DNA from: Camelus dromedarius
Lineage: Eukaryota
Reading direction: 5' to 3'
Length of the DNA stretch: 64,000 bases
NCBI RefSeq assembly: GCF_036321535.1
Contig: NC_087449.1
Coordinates: 23,188,001-23,252,000, forward strand
Each line of letters opens with the position of its first letter. The stretch's first letter is position 1. The notes under the pieces are model-generated. The model did no database searches. It saw only the letters and a program-made list of their open reading frames with translations, and was not told the origin of the DNA. A program made the translations under genes and the position numbers. Below, piece by piece: positions 25,475 through 38,084 of this stretch.

Positions 25475-25564
25475 CTACAAGGCCAAGCAGAAAGAAGACA
25501 GACGCCACGTGATGAGCGAGCCGCAGCCTGTTGGCGAACTGGGCTCCAGCCTCACGGCAGTTAC

Positions 25565-25664
25565 CTTGTGGGTGATGTGCTGCTGCTCCACGGGTGCGTG
25601 TCCCTTGGGGTCAATGAGGGTTGGATGTGCCACCAGGTAACCCCTGTCCTCCATGATGAAGCAC
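25565..25664 (-). CDS. CACHD1: CACHD1 exon 18: (R)CFIMEDRGYLVAHPTLIDPKGHAPVEQQHITHK
   Basis: gcacag| acceptor, AAG|gtaact donor, 100 nt; ORF 25475..25690. Confidence 0.95.
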
Positions 25665-26806
25665 CTGTGCCAAGACAAGGGCATCTTCATTTATAGAAGC
25701 TGCTTTTCTGTGCTTTCAGAGGGCGTTTATCCGTCTAGCTCTGAAACAAACTGCACTGCTCTCAGGTTCTCAATAAATATTCATGGCCAGGAGGCAGGCA
25801 GGCTGGCTGTCAGGTGACAGACACGTTATTCCTGAAGTGCTGGATCACCAGGCATGCGGTCTAAGGTGAGAGAGTCAGACCTGACTCTGGGGTCCCCTGC
25901 GTGCTTCATATCAGGTGCGACCACCCCATCTAAGTCAGAGGGGCTCAAAGATCTTTTGCAGGAATGTATAAAGTGGGAAGTTTCTTCCTGGGGGAGGGAG
26001 ATTCTGAAAGCAGCGGCCTTGAGTACGTGTGGACCCCAACCTGAAGTAAACCATACCATTTTTTTCTTTCAGTGATAAACCTACAGAAAATACAACATTC
26101 AGTGTTTCCACACAACAGCACTGATGGAAACCCTGACGAAGTGAAGCTAGAACGGCTCTAGTCGGGATTATATTCTGCTCTATTTTACTCTGTGTTGGTC
26201 ATTACAGTTTGCCGTGGATCTTGCATTTCCCCATTAAGGGCCAGCATGAAATTGAGCAGTGACATGAAGCATGGGCCATGAGATTGAAATAAGAAAGCTA
26301 TTTTTAAAAAGTGGCCTGTATTAAATCAAGGGAAAGCCCTTGCTTTGATCAGACATGTTCTTTTGAAATTCAGGCAGCAAAGACGTTTAGTTCCATGAAC
26401 CTCTTTCTGGGGAAACGTACAAAGGAACAGTCTAAGCGCCTAAAAATCTCACAAAGACTTTGGTTTAATAACTAAGTTAACATCAAAAGTACTACCCAAG
26501 GGTACCCTCTGGTCTTTCTAGCACCCAAGGTATGGGAAACCTCTAATTACTGACTCCTAGAGAAACAAGAGCTTTTGGAGAATTCTGTGCCCCCGCTACT
26601 CTCCTTGTTACAAGCCAGATCTGTTAGTCTAAGTCACAAATGGCATGCGCCTTAGAAAAATGAGAACAAAACCTCCCTAGTACAACACCCAGGCCATGGG
26701 CTCATGCTGACTATGACAATGTGGCTGGCATTCAACTAGAGACACTTGCCATCCTTTTCTTTGTATTTTGCAGCTAGATAGGATATGGTGTCCCTGAAGG
26801 ACTTAC

Positions 26807-26929
26807 CTTATTTTGTTGCCACCATCTTGGTTACAAACTGGCAGTAAGTCCATCAGAACCTTGTAGAAATATCTAAGCGTGAAGTCAATGCCCATCACAG
26901 CCACAGTATGCCCGGAAGACAGCTGTGTA
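26807..26929 (-). CDS. CACHD1: CACHD1 exon 17: (S)TQLSSGHTVAVMGIDFTLRYFYKVLMDLLPVCNQDGGNKI(R)
   Basis: catgaag| acceptor, AG|gtaagt donor, 123 nt; translated by hand. Confidence 0.93.
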
Positions 26930-27569
26930 CTTCATGTGAAAGAGATCAGAGAGAATAAGAGGCAGGTCTTATTTAAAGTTCAGAGCTACGTGCAACCATA
27001 AGGACATCGGACGGCATCAGAAACACATGCCCACTGTTCCTCCCTACTTTCCGCACCTGCAGAAACAATCAACTAAATAAGTAATTCAGCATAACATGGA
27101 GATCTGATGAGAGAAAAACTCAGGATTAAAGGTAGGACTTTCTAATAAGACTAGCCCCAAACATTGGCAGCTGTAGAACGTGGCTGGTCCTGACAACAGG
27201 TGCTCAGACAACAGCTGGATTTTCCCTTGGCAAGAATATGTGGGTGGGGTGAGAGGATGGACGTGTGGCTACTATGGTTCCTTCCATCAAGGAACCTTTA
27301 GACAAAGAACCTGAGTTAATCATTTCTTTCATTTTTATGGATAATGAAACTGAGATCTCATAAAGATTACCTAACTAGTGTTAGATCCCACAAAACTTAG
27401 TAAAAACAATGTTTGGCTTTCTTTCTGTTAACACTACGGTTGATTCTACTCAAAACACAGCTCATGTTCTCGAATAAGACTCTCCTGGTTCATAGGCCAG
27501 TTCTGTCTCCATTCTCAATCCCTACTCTCAAAACAGGAGCCAAGGAGGATACAGTTGGGCAATACTACA

Positions 27570-27805
27570 CAGTGCTTGTTACCCTTTTAGCTCTGGAATC
27601 AAGCAGACCTGGGGTCAAATCCTGGCCTGTTGATTTCCATCTGTGTGGTTCCTGGGATGGTATCTAATCTTTCTAAGCCCAGTTTTCTCACCTGAAAATG
27701 GGGTTAATAATAGTATCTATGTCAAAAGGCTGTTAACTGGGATTAAATGAGTCTGTTTACAATGCTTAGCAAGCTGCCTAGTATACTGAAAACACCCAAT
27801 AAAAA
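27570..27805 (+). mobile_element. MIR
   Basis: ctctggaatcaagcagacctggggtcaaatcctggc...cagttttctcacctgaaaatgggg...gggattaaatgag...caataaaaa. Confidence 0.75.
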
Positions 27806-28506
27806 GTTACACTAAAGAAAACTAAACAGGGCTTAAAGCTCAGTCCTGCAGAGTAAACTTTTTATTCTTTCAGAGAAATTGCTAGATATATCAGAAACAT
27901 AAACTCCTTACTTGGAACCTAGTTTCTTTTTCATTTATGTTCATGGGTAGTTGGAGGGGTTAGGGTTGGTGTAATCAACAAACTCCTATACTTTTGTGGC
28001 TGAAAATTGGCAGGGTTTACTCAACATGACATGTTCCAAGAGCTCATCATTACCATCTTCTACCCACCTGATTTCTTCATAAAGAAAATCCCAAAAGAAA
28101 ACTAGTGCCATTATTGACAGAAATCTTAAAAATAGTCATTGGAAACTTCAGAAGAAATTTTTGAAAGTAAAATCTTCTTTTGGAAACTCAAAACTTGGGA
28201 GTGAAATTAGCTTTGCCATGCAGACAACTGGTTACTGTCAACATTGATACTAACTTATATCAACCCAACCCTCACTCCTTCTGCCCCTGACAAAAGCATT
28301 GGAAAATGGGACCATGACCCATAATGTAATCTCTATCAGAACTTTGCTGTCAAAACTGTGTTTGGCATGGGATGGGGGAAGACCATGTTATGGGGTTGTC
28401 TTTGAGAGGTTACTGCCTCAATAAGAGCCCCTATTATTACCTTGGTAACTTAAATTCGACCATGGAAGAAATCCAAGATGCAGTTACCTTATGAGGTCAG
28501 GTGCAC

Positions 28507-28560
28507 TGCAGCAGATAATGCATTGCAGCAGATAATGTATTGCTACAGATAATGTATTGC
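28507..28560 (+). repeat. 17-bp minisatellite, 3 units (tgcagcagataatgcat variants)
   Basis: tgcagcagataatgcat / tgcagcagataatgtat / tgctacagataatgtat. Confidence 0.9.
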
Positions 28561-29679
28561 TGAAGTATTAGTCAAAAAAAGATTAAACTTCTCTTGCTTG
28601 TTCAGGGAAAAGTGATGGGTCTAAAAAACAGCCATCATTATGGTAACAGTGATGGCTTCCATATACTGAATGTTCACAATCTATAGGCACTCTGGTCGGC
28701 ATGTGAATACATCATTGCAACTACTTCTCACAGAAAACTTATGAGGCATTATCATTTCCAGAAAACTGAAGCTTAGGGAGATTAAGTATTTGGCTGTCAC
28801 ACAGTGAATAACTAGTGGAAGCAGTAGTGCCTTCAACTCCAAAGCATGTGTTCCTAACCAACAGGATACACTGCCTCCTTAGATCTGCCTGGTACTCACG
28901 AGTTTCCAAGCAGTTTTATATCACCTATTTAATTTCCTGTGAAGACATCAGAAAGGAGGTGCAGTTCCCACTCTATAAATGAAAAATTAAGCTTAGATAG
29001 TTAAAAGACTTAAAGAAGATAGATCATGTATTGTTGATGCTTTAGAGACTGGTATGAAATCTGGTTCTTTCTACAATACTATAGCTGCCTCAGTGAAAAA
29101 TACAACTCAGGTTTTTGGGGACAACTTGATTTTGTTTCTAAACTTCCCCTGTGCAACTGCCGTCTGCTCCAATATGATCAACATGCTGAAGTAAAGGCAT
29201 ATATATTGCCCACGGAAGTCTAGCATTCATATTTTCACCTGCATTTTAAAAATGCACATGGTTACCATAGCAACTCATGAAGAATACCATGGAAAAATCA
29301 AACCAAGCCTACATTTCTCAGCACAGCGGTCCCATGCTGCTTGCAGCACTTTGGTGAGGTTTTCACTGCCAAAGATCCGCCTGAACAGTCCCCCTGCTCA
29401 CTGACTGTACTCCACCATCTCTACCGCATCATCGCATTACCATCCTCCAAAGAATGCGCACCTAGGTTCTCGGGCCACTAATAATGCTGATGAAAGAATC
29501 ACAGCACAGTTACTACAAGTAACTGATAAGTGAGCACTGAAAAGCCCACAGCCCAACTGCTTCTGAAAACCAAGGGAGAGTGAGATTGCTTCATGACAAG
29601 TTGAACATGAGCTTAAGCTCTCTCTTCTGAGCTATTAAAATGCCAGGAATTTAAAGCACGAATAGCATGGCAACAAGAA

Positions 29680-30040
29680 TAACTACCATTTATTTGGGAC
29701 TTGACATTGGCAAGTACAGTGCTAAGCGTTTCACAGGCATCACCTCTAATTTTCATTGTATCAGTTCAAATGAGGCATTAGTAACTGTTTTACATACGTG
29801 GCTCAGAGAGTCATAGACCATCATCATCACCATCATAAAAAAGTATTTAACATTTGTTGAGCCCTTACCATGTGCTAGACACTGTTCTAAGAGCCTCACA
29901 TATATTATTTAATGTAACCCTTAAACGATCATTTGAGACAGGCCCTAGTATCTCTCTTTCACAGGTGAGGAGTCCAAGGCAGAAAGGAATTTGTTTACAG
30001 TCATACGAATAGTAAATGGCAAATCTGCTTTTTCAGAATG
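29680..30040 (-). mobile_element. Two adjacent MIR fragments
   Basis: tacagtgctaagcgtttcacaggc and tactgttgagcccttaccatgtgctagacactgttctaag...tttcacaggtgaggagtccaaggc. Confidence 0.55.
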
Positions 30041-32037
30041 GAATCACATCTCAGGAGGGTGGGTTCTCAAGTTGGCACATGAGGCCAAAATCACCGGTAA
30101 TCATTTGAAAGAAGGACCTCTGCAGAGCTCATCTATGAATGCATCTGTTAAGGCTACAGTTGCTTTGGTTGAAATCCAGAAGTGGTCATAGATTTGGATT
30201 CTAAACTATGTTGAATGACATACATGGCTCTAATTAATAACATTCTCAGCTAAGGAAAATGTTCAAATGATCAAGTCCATGGGACTGCATATAGGTCAAG
30301 GCAAGAACAGATCCTTATTCCTGGAATACACTCTCACCAAGTGACTGATGGACAGGATTGAGGATTTAAAGGGCCATTTAACTCTTGTTAAACTCAAATA
30401 GCTGAACTTCTGTAGGCTAAGCGCACTGTAAACAGTAACCAAAATAAGGGACTTGAACCCAGGTCTTTTCCTAACTTGAATGCCCATATTTCCATCAGGC
30501 TTCATTTGGACTGACACCATACATATTTATGAACAAACTAAATGAAAATTCTTCCACTCATTCAAATTCTAACAAAAACATGGATACGAGCACAAAAAGT
30601 CTACACTTCTCTGTGACCCCCTCCCCTTCCCCCCAACAAAAATTTTGTGTAGAAGGAAAAATTAACAGCTCTCGATAACGAGTGGCAGGTGAGAGGAGCT
30701 GGATGGAAGGCCAGACGGAGACAGACAGACACACAGGCAGGCAATTCTCTGCCTGCTCCCTCAACAACACCTTTAGGAGCCCAATCATCATCACCCATGT
30801 CAGTGTCATCAAAGACCAAGGTGACTTCTATTCCCTCAAAGAAACCACCTTTGTTTACGTTTTCTCAATTGATTAGAATATACAGGAGAGATGACAAGTG
30901 TTCCTCTTCAGACAGTAGTAGGCATATACCTTACAGATGGTCTGTTAATGAAAACACTGAAAAGATCTGTTCTAAATGAATGTTTACTTGTTTATATGTG
31001 ACAGGGCTGAACAGATACCATGTCCTGGAAATAATAAATCAGTATCTGGGTGGCGGGAGGGCCCTGCTTGCTGTGAAGACACAGGTCATGTTGAAATTCC
31101 ACACAGTACTGCTTCCCGATTCGTGCTCCCGATGAACTTGGCATTAGAAGAATTCTACTGAATGTCAATCATTTGATACATAATGAGCACCAGCGAAAAG
31201 CATAAAGTTAAGCAAGAAAATCTGTCTCCCCATAAATGTTAAGGCATCATTACAGATACCAGTCAAAATATGGCCTTTCTTGGTTGCTAGGGAAAAAATA
31301 GCTATTTGTATAAAGAAGAGATTAAAACAATGTGTTTGACTTGCCTCTCCACCCAACATTTCACTTCTATTTCAACATTTCATTTGTAGTTGAGACACTG
31401 AAACCTTAAAAGCCTGAAATATAAAGCACGCTAAATATATTTACAGTGATCCTGACATTTTACCGCATTCTTGGAAAATTAGTTTTCAAAATGCCTTTTC
31501 ATTTTTCAAGCACAAAGCAAAACCAGCAACAAAACCACCACCGCCAATGACAACAACGGTAACAACAAACTCCTACATAATTTTAAACAAACTCAGATAC
31601 AAGGGGTAACAGTTACACGTCTCGATACCTTTTTTCCTTCATTAAAACTACTCTTCGCTTGGGAAAACACTCTCTGGTAGTAATAGTTCTCAGGCTCTCA
31701 GTGCTGTTTCTTTGACTGGTTTAGGACCAGCACTTCTAGGAACTGCTCTACTGAATCTAACATCTTGTTCTTCTTCACAAACACTATCGTGGCCAAGTAC
31801 TGGGCTAATGTTTGACGGACTCAGTCACGTGATAGCCTTGTGAGGTATTATCCCCATTTTACAGACATCAGGAGGAAGCTCAGGAAATCTGAGATGACAT
31901 AGCTAGAGAGGATATTCAAACCCAAGCCTGCCTCACATCAAAGGCCATACTAAACCTTGGTGTCTACTATTCCATTTAAATTTTCAAAATACCCTTATGT
32001 GCTTAAGAAACGAGTAAAAAATGAATTGAAATATTAC

Positions 32038-32148
32038 CTGGATGAATGAATGGTATGACTGATGGTCACCACATAGCCAGCTCCTCCAACGTCTAAGTAA
32101 GGGCCAGTCAAAGAAATCAAACCCGGATTAGCTACAGCATGGAGATAC
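32038..32148 (-). CDS. CACHD1: CACHD1 exon 16: (W)[36 protein letters not shown](S)
   Basis: cgttag| acceptor, AG|gtaata donor, 111 nt; translated by hand. Confidence 0.94.
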
Positions 32149-33012
32149 CTAACGGAGAACAAAGGAAGTCATGTCATCTTAGGGTACGGACAACAACAAC
32201 TGCAAATTTTGAAGAAAAGTGAGCTTGTAACCCTAAAAAATATTATAAGTTATAAATCTCGCCTATTTTAACATTCAAATTCAAGAGGATTCCTATGCTC
32301 TATGACTGACTGCAGCATCAACACACGAGGTCAAGGAAATCTGAAGTTCTCTTTTTAAAAAAGATGCTGAACTCAGTACACACATCAGATTTTAAAATTA
32401 TCTATAGTACAGATGCTCTAGAGGCTAAAAGAAAAATTAGTGAAGCATAAACTAATACAATTTGGCACATAAAAATGCACCCTGGATTGGGGGATAAGGG
32501 TGGGGGAACGGGCAGTAAAAACAGTAACTGACTCATGAGTGACTCAGATACTAAGCAGCATGTACCTAGAAATCCTGTTTTTTATGCCCAGGTTGTCCCC
32601 CTGCTGTACCACCTGGCTAGCTTTTGCTTTTGAAAATCAGAATAAAAATAAAGCCCAGAAGTAAAACACTGTTTTTTGGTTTTCATTTTCCATGGGTCAC
32701 ACATGCCCTTAAGTGTATCCACTGTGGACACACTGCCTACAAAGTGGGAGTCAAACTCCAGTAGGAATTGAAATGCCCAAATATAAAGCATTTCAGTCAC
32801 AAAATTTCAATGAAGAGATAAAAACACTGTAAGCAGAGGAAACTCACAAAGCTGTTGTTGATACTACATTAAAAAAACAAAACAAAACCCAAACTATTCA
32901 AAACCATATTTTCACTGCCACGAAAGTATCTTCTTTTAATATGACTGCTTCAAGTCGCTTTATTGTATGTATTTATCATGGCTCTCCAGGATTGAGGAGG
33001 TGGCTGGAACTT

Positions 33013-33272
33013 NNNNNNNNNNNNNNNNNNNNNNNNNNNNNNNNNNNNNNNNNNNNNNNNNNNNNNNNNNNNNNNNNNNNNNNNNNNNNNNNNNNNNNNN
33101 NNNNNNNNNNNNNNNNNNNNNNNNNNNNNNNNNNNNNNNNNNNNNNNNNNNNNNNNNNNNNNNNNNNNNNNNNNNNNNNNNNNNNNNNNNNNNNNNNNNN
33201 NNNNNNNNNNNNNNNNNNNNNNNNNNNNNNNNNNNNNNNNNNNNNNNNNNNNNNNNNNNNNNNNNNNNNNNN
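33013..33272. other. N-gap (260 N), expected to contain CACHD1 exon 15
   Basis: Run of N between exons 14 and 16; the expected exon-15 peptide (FSVRNEVM...DPTRRQW) is not encoded in either flank. Confidence 0.9.
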
Positions 33273-33906
33273 GAGAGTGGCCTGCTGGCAGAGCTTCCCG
33301 AAGCTCTCTTGCAGAGAAGCCAAGCCCAATTACTTCTCAAAAATCTTTCCACAGCAGATGGATACAGCCAAACTTGGGGAAAACAAAAGCTTACTGAAAT
33401 ATAGCCAGTGGACGTGTGATTTACTCAGTTGTTCATCTTTGCTAGGCTTTCTGCGTTTAAGAGGAAAACGACCTGAGAGTGAAGCATCACTAAACACACA
33501 CACACGCACACATACAAACATGCGCGCACACGCACCTGCTAAATGTCTGCTTCTTAAACTTCGTCATATTTACCTCAACGGGCAGTAGGGGCACTTTACT
33601 TCTTCCCCTGGGAAAAATGGGGCTGGGAAAGCTTCCCTGGTCTCCGACTCACACCCCCTACCTAGACAACCCCTGGTGCATCTAAGGCTTGAAAGAGCTT
33701 CTTCATCTGGCCCACAGGGCTTCTTAATCCATCTGAAGGGTCATTGCCGACGAGCCTGCTTTGGGCCACACGCTGCCGCACCAGCCCTCCAGCTGAGAAA
33801 GAGACACAGACCCAGGGCCGGGCTTCCCACTTCAAAGGTTCGTGGCCAGCACCCACCCTGGGCCTGCAGAGGGCGCACCAGAGACGTGGCCCCGGCCAGA
33901 ACTCAC

Positions 33907-34049
33907 TTTGAGCCCCGGGTTAGCAATGAGGCGGGTGTTGTCACTGAGATAGGCCGTGTAGTGTTCCACCATGCGTTTGGTCTCCGGCTGGCTGAGGTGT
34001 TCATAGGGGGAGGAAAAGCTGCCTGCAGACAGCATGACGGTGGGACTTT
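33907..34049 (-). CDS. CACHD1: CACHD1 exon 14: (E)SPTVMLSAGSFSSPYEHL...RLIANPGLK
   Basis: tttcag| acceptor, AAA|gtgagt donor, 143 nt; ORF 33832..34068. Confidence 0.96.
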
Positions 34050-34329
34050 CTGAAAGAGAAGCAAACAAAGCAGGCCTGAGAACACTGAGGCTTCACCTCA
34101 GGCCCAAACAAAAGCACGGTGAGGGCTCTGCCAGTCTGCCAGCTGCGGTGGCTGGAAGTCTTCCCTTTATAAGGAAAGCAAAGAACTCCAGGCTGGAAGA
34201 AAAAGTGCCAGACCTTCTCCCTGCAGGGAGCTTACAGTTGTCAGTGAACCTAGAGAGATGCTGGCAAACGCTCAGCATGCCTTAGACCTACACGTAGTAT
34301 CTTACGCTCCTTAGCATTGAGCAGGCAGC

Positions 34330-34570
34330 ATGGGACGTGGAGCTGGATGGGGATGAGCCTGAGCGCCAACATTTCCTGGCTGTGTGATGCTGGACAAGTT
34401 ATAATACACGTGATGTTTTTACCCAGCTGCAAAGTGGAGGAAACAGCAGTGCCAACCTTATAGAGGTATGATGAGAATTACAGTAGCTAATGTACACAAA
34501 GAGAACAAGTTAACAAACGCAAATCACTTACAACAGTGCTGGCACAGGTCAAGCCCTCTGTATGTTAACT
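34330..34570 (+). mobile_element. MIR
   Basis: ggctgtgtgatgctggacaagtta...ctgcaaagtggagg...gatgagaatta...agtgctggcacag. Confidence 0.55.
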
Positions 34571-35024
34571 CACTGTTCATATTAGTATCATCATCAAGGA
34601 AGAAAGAAACATGGAAGAGTGAAGTCGGTGCAAAACTTAATTAAAAAAATTATTCTCACAGAGGAGGATACCAACGTGGCATAAACAGGAGCAGTGGAAA
34701 TGAAGCAGGTGATGTACACGTATTTAATCTTTGGTTTTAGCTGAAGAGGAAAAGTCCAGTTCTTTATTTAACATAGATCCTCACAGTGAATGAATTACAT
34801 GATGAGAAAAAACACTACATCTTTGTCTTTGAAATTTCCTACTCTTCAATTGTGTATTTTTGAAAGCTTTAAAAAGCACTGTCATGCGTCCTATCATTAA
34901 ATCTGTGGTGCTCTTCTACTCCTTTTGCTTGCTCTCACTCATAGTGTCTCGTTTCCCTGTGGCCTGGCTATCTGACTGTGCTGCGCACTGTATTCAACAA
35001 CAAATTAAAAAAAGGGACAATGAA

Positions 35025-35182
35025 TCTATGCATGCTCATGTATAACTGAAAAATTGTGCTCTACACTGGAATTTGACACAACATTGTAAAATGACTGTAA
35101 GGCAATAAAAAAAATGTTAAAATAAAAACTAAAAAAAAAAAAACCCCCAAACAAAAAACCCCAAAACAAAAAACAAAAACAA
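35025..35182 (+). mobile_element. Cetartiodactyl-type L1 3' end with A-rich tail
   Basis: catgtataactgaaaaattgtgctctacactggaatttgacacaacattgtaaaatgactgtaa followed by polyA/(caaaaaa)n. Confidence 0.7.
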
Positions 35183-36397
35183 ATCTGTATGAACTGTTGA
35201 GCCCCAACAGGATAGGAATAACTTCCTCCAGAAAGGACCACTGTTTGATTCCACCAGGTGCGCCACCCCAAGATGAGGCAGCATGGTAAGGTGGAAAGAG
35301 TTCCCAACAAGGAGACTGGACACTGGCCTAAGTGCTGTCCTGTGAGGCTTTGGTATTCAGCTAGTCCATGACTAGCTAATGCTTTAGATTCTTCAGACAG
35401 CTCAGATGACAGAAATCCCAAGGCAAGGGCTGATTCAGCTCCAACCACCCTTACCCTAGTATTGCAGTCCTTTAGGACCTCAGCTAAAAGGATGCATGTG
35501 TGTAAGGGGTGAAAGGAAGTGGTTTCATTTATTCGTCTCCACCTTTTCAGGACCTTGGATTTGATTTCTGCCTCTCTCCAGCCCTAAGAAGATACCTAAA
35601 GCAGAGTTTAATTTCATGGCTGTTTCTTCTTTTGGTAAACATGTGCACTGTAAAAGCAGCTTTAAGTGTTGGCTTTCTTCTCTGGGTTCTTATGTTCTCC
35701 TAGACTTTGGTCCACTACCTTTCAGGTTAGTTCTTTGATGCTTTTCTAAAAGATTTATTGAAAAAAGATTCCACCCAGGATTTCTGGTTGAACCCAGCAG
35801 GGTGGGTCAGAATGACCTAGTCTGCCTTTACCAGAAGAAGTTGCTTCCATTAATACCATGTGTCATTTAATTCGTATCATCCTGGTATGGCCTGGGAGAT
35901 TATTATCACATTCATATCAAGGAGAAGAAAACCAGAGACTTAAAAAGGGTAGGTTGCCTGGCAGGGCGCTCTGCGTTCACATGCCTGTGCTCATGGGCCC
36001 TCTGAGCAAGGATGCGCCAGAGATGGAGGACTGGCCTGGAACTCAAAGAGCTTGAGCCAGTGGGAGAGAGAAGACTGAAGAAGAAAGAGGAAAACAACAA
36101 TAGATGAACACAGTAATGTAAGAAATGTCTCAGAGACAAAAGCGTTAGGCCAGAGGAAGGGGAAGAGAGGAGCTTGGGGAGTGGGCCTTTCTTGTAGTGA
36201 CAGAGACTGGGCATTTTAGAAATAGCTGGTGCAGCAAGATGGATTGAAGGAGAGGGAGAAACCAAGATACAAGATCCAAAGCTTTATGTCCAGGAGCGAG
36301 ACACAAAGCCCTCATCTACGTAAGACACGTAGTACTTACATGCATACTTGCGTATTTCACTGCATTGGATGACGTTCTCTTTAAAAATTCTCCTTTA

Positions 36398-36502
36398 AAT
36401 ATGAAAATGAATATACGTATGTATATGCATGACTGGGACACTGTGCTGTGCACCAGAAATTGACACATTGTAACTGACTATACTTAAATAAAAAATTTTT
36501 TT
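36398..36502 (+). mobile_element. Cetartiodactyl-type L1 3' end
   Basis: gtatatgcatgactgggacactgtgctgtgcaccagaaattgacacattgtaactgactatacttaaataaaaaa. Confidence 0.7.
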
Positions 36503-36911
36503 TAAAAATTCCCCTTTATGTACCAAGAAGACAATGTTCCTCCTTCAGCCCTTCTGACGGCAGCTCTGACATACATTTAACACCATGCCTCAAAATCCCC
36601 ATCATCAGTGAAATTAGGTGGAAACCACTTATTTGCCATTGTTTCCCTTATTTTCCTTTTTCCCCCCAATATTTCAATGATCTTGCCTCACTTCCGTTAC
36701 CAGCCGACACTAACCCCCCTGGTGACTCCTCCACACACTGTCCTGGGGGTTCCATGGCCAAGGTGAAGCTGAATGGTGGTCTGGTGGAAAGAACACCTAG
36801 TGAGAGCCAGACGCTGGCATGAGGTCTGTCCGTGTGCCTGGGACCAGCCCACCAGTCCAATGGAAGTTACTGGAGTTGAAAGCTCTACATTTTCTGGGTG
36901 TCTCTGTGAGG

Positions 36912-37186
36912 TAGCACTGTCCCACTGAAACACAATGCAATCCCCAAAGGTCATATAAAATTTTCCAGTAGCCACATGAAGAAAAAGCACAAACAGGATA
37001 AATTAATTTTGCTAGTATATTCTATGGAATCCAATCTATCCAAAACATTATCACTTTAACATGTAACCAACAGGAAAAAACTGGGTCTGTATTTTACACT
37101 TAATGGCAAGTCTCAACTTGGACTGGCCACATTGTAAGTGCTTAAGAGCCACATGTGGCTAGTGGCTACCATATTGGACAGTGTAG
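36912..37186 (+). mobile_element. hAT-Charlie MITE (MER33-like)
   Basis: TIRs tagcactgtccc / tggacagtgtag; agccacatgtggctagtggctaccatattggacag end; 8-bp TSD ctgtgagg / ctatgaag (6/8). Confidence 0.85.
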
Positions 37187-38084
37187 CTATGAAGGATTAT
37201 CCAAAGGAAATAAAAAAATATCTAAGCTTGAGCTTTTTTTCTCATCCAGAAAAACTGCTACACTTCACTGTCTCAAATGTAAAAACAGTGACCTCCTCTT
37301 CACCAGCAGCAGTGTAGGATTGTTTACCTGGTTCCCACAGTGGCTAAGAGAATCAAGCCCATCCTAGCTTTTCAGTAAGCAGTTCATAAAAATATGAATT
37401 TAGAGGGTACACATACTCCTGCATAAAATCAGAAGGCAAACCCCCCCCAAAGCTCCCTAAACGATAACAAGCAAATGTAGAATCCAAGTTGGCATCTCTG
37501 GCCCTCTCCAAGTTGTCTGCACGGCTGGAACGCGGGACAGATAAGACCGCTCTCTCGAGCTCATATCCAGGCAGAAACTCGGATAGAATTTAAAGGAGAA
37601 ACCCAAACACGAATGCTCTCATTTGGAACCTAGAGATTGGTGGCTTCCATTTTTGATCCTCTTCCCATCTGTGTCCCCTCTACTCAGTTTGCCAGTTGTC
37701 CCATGATTCTTAGTTATTCACTTTTGAACCCGAAGTATTTTCAACGGTGAAGAGAAGAATGCCTGTTTTACGGCATTGTGAGTCTACCACGGTGCATGGA
37801 CCACACACACCACTGATGCCTAGCGTGTGCCCGGCACAGGGTGGCTTGCAATAAAAGGCGACCCAGGCCTGGGAGAGGCACGAATCACATCTCAGCCTGG
37901 CTACTTTCTGTGTTACCTTGGGAAAGCTGTGGCGTTGGGATAAACCCAACGTCCTCACCTGTCATAGGTCAACCCAGATCCTGAGTGTAGAAACCTGGCA
38001 TATAACAAATGTAAATTCCATTTTGCTTCCTTTGAATTATTTGGAATTATTCCTATTTCCTCATCTCTTTTGAAGACAGGGACC

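Noticed and set aside
25322-25696. Plus-strand ORFs antisense to CACHD1 exons (also 59087-59458, 19047-19253, 38695-38987, 9047-9343)
   Set aside because: Shadow ORFs caused by codon structure on the opposite strand; no independent support.
26121-26160. Hammerhead-like CTGACGA / box C-like CTGATGG
   Set aside because: No stem II followed by GAAA, no UH cleavage site geometry, and no box D with a terminal stem.
28507-28560. CRISPR-like array
   Set aside because: Contiguous units without spacers in a mammalian intron; a simple minisatellite.
32941-33588. Long ORFs of 117-215 aa, and ORFs at 63177-63565
   Set aside because: Artefacts of translating through N runs.
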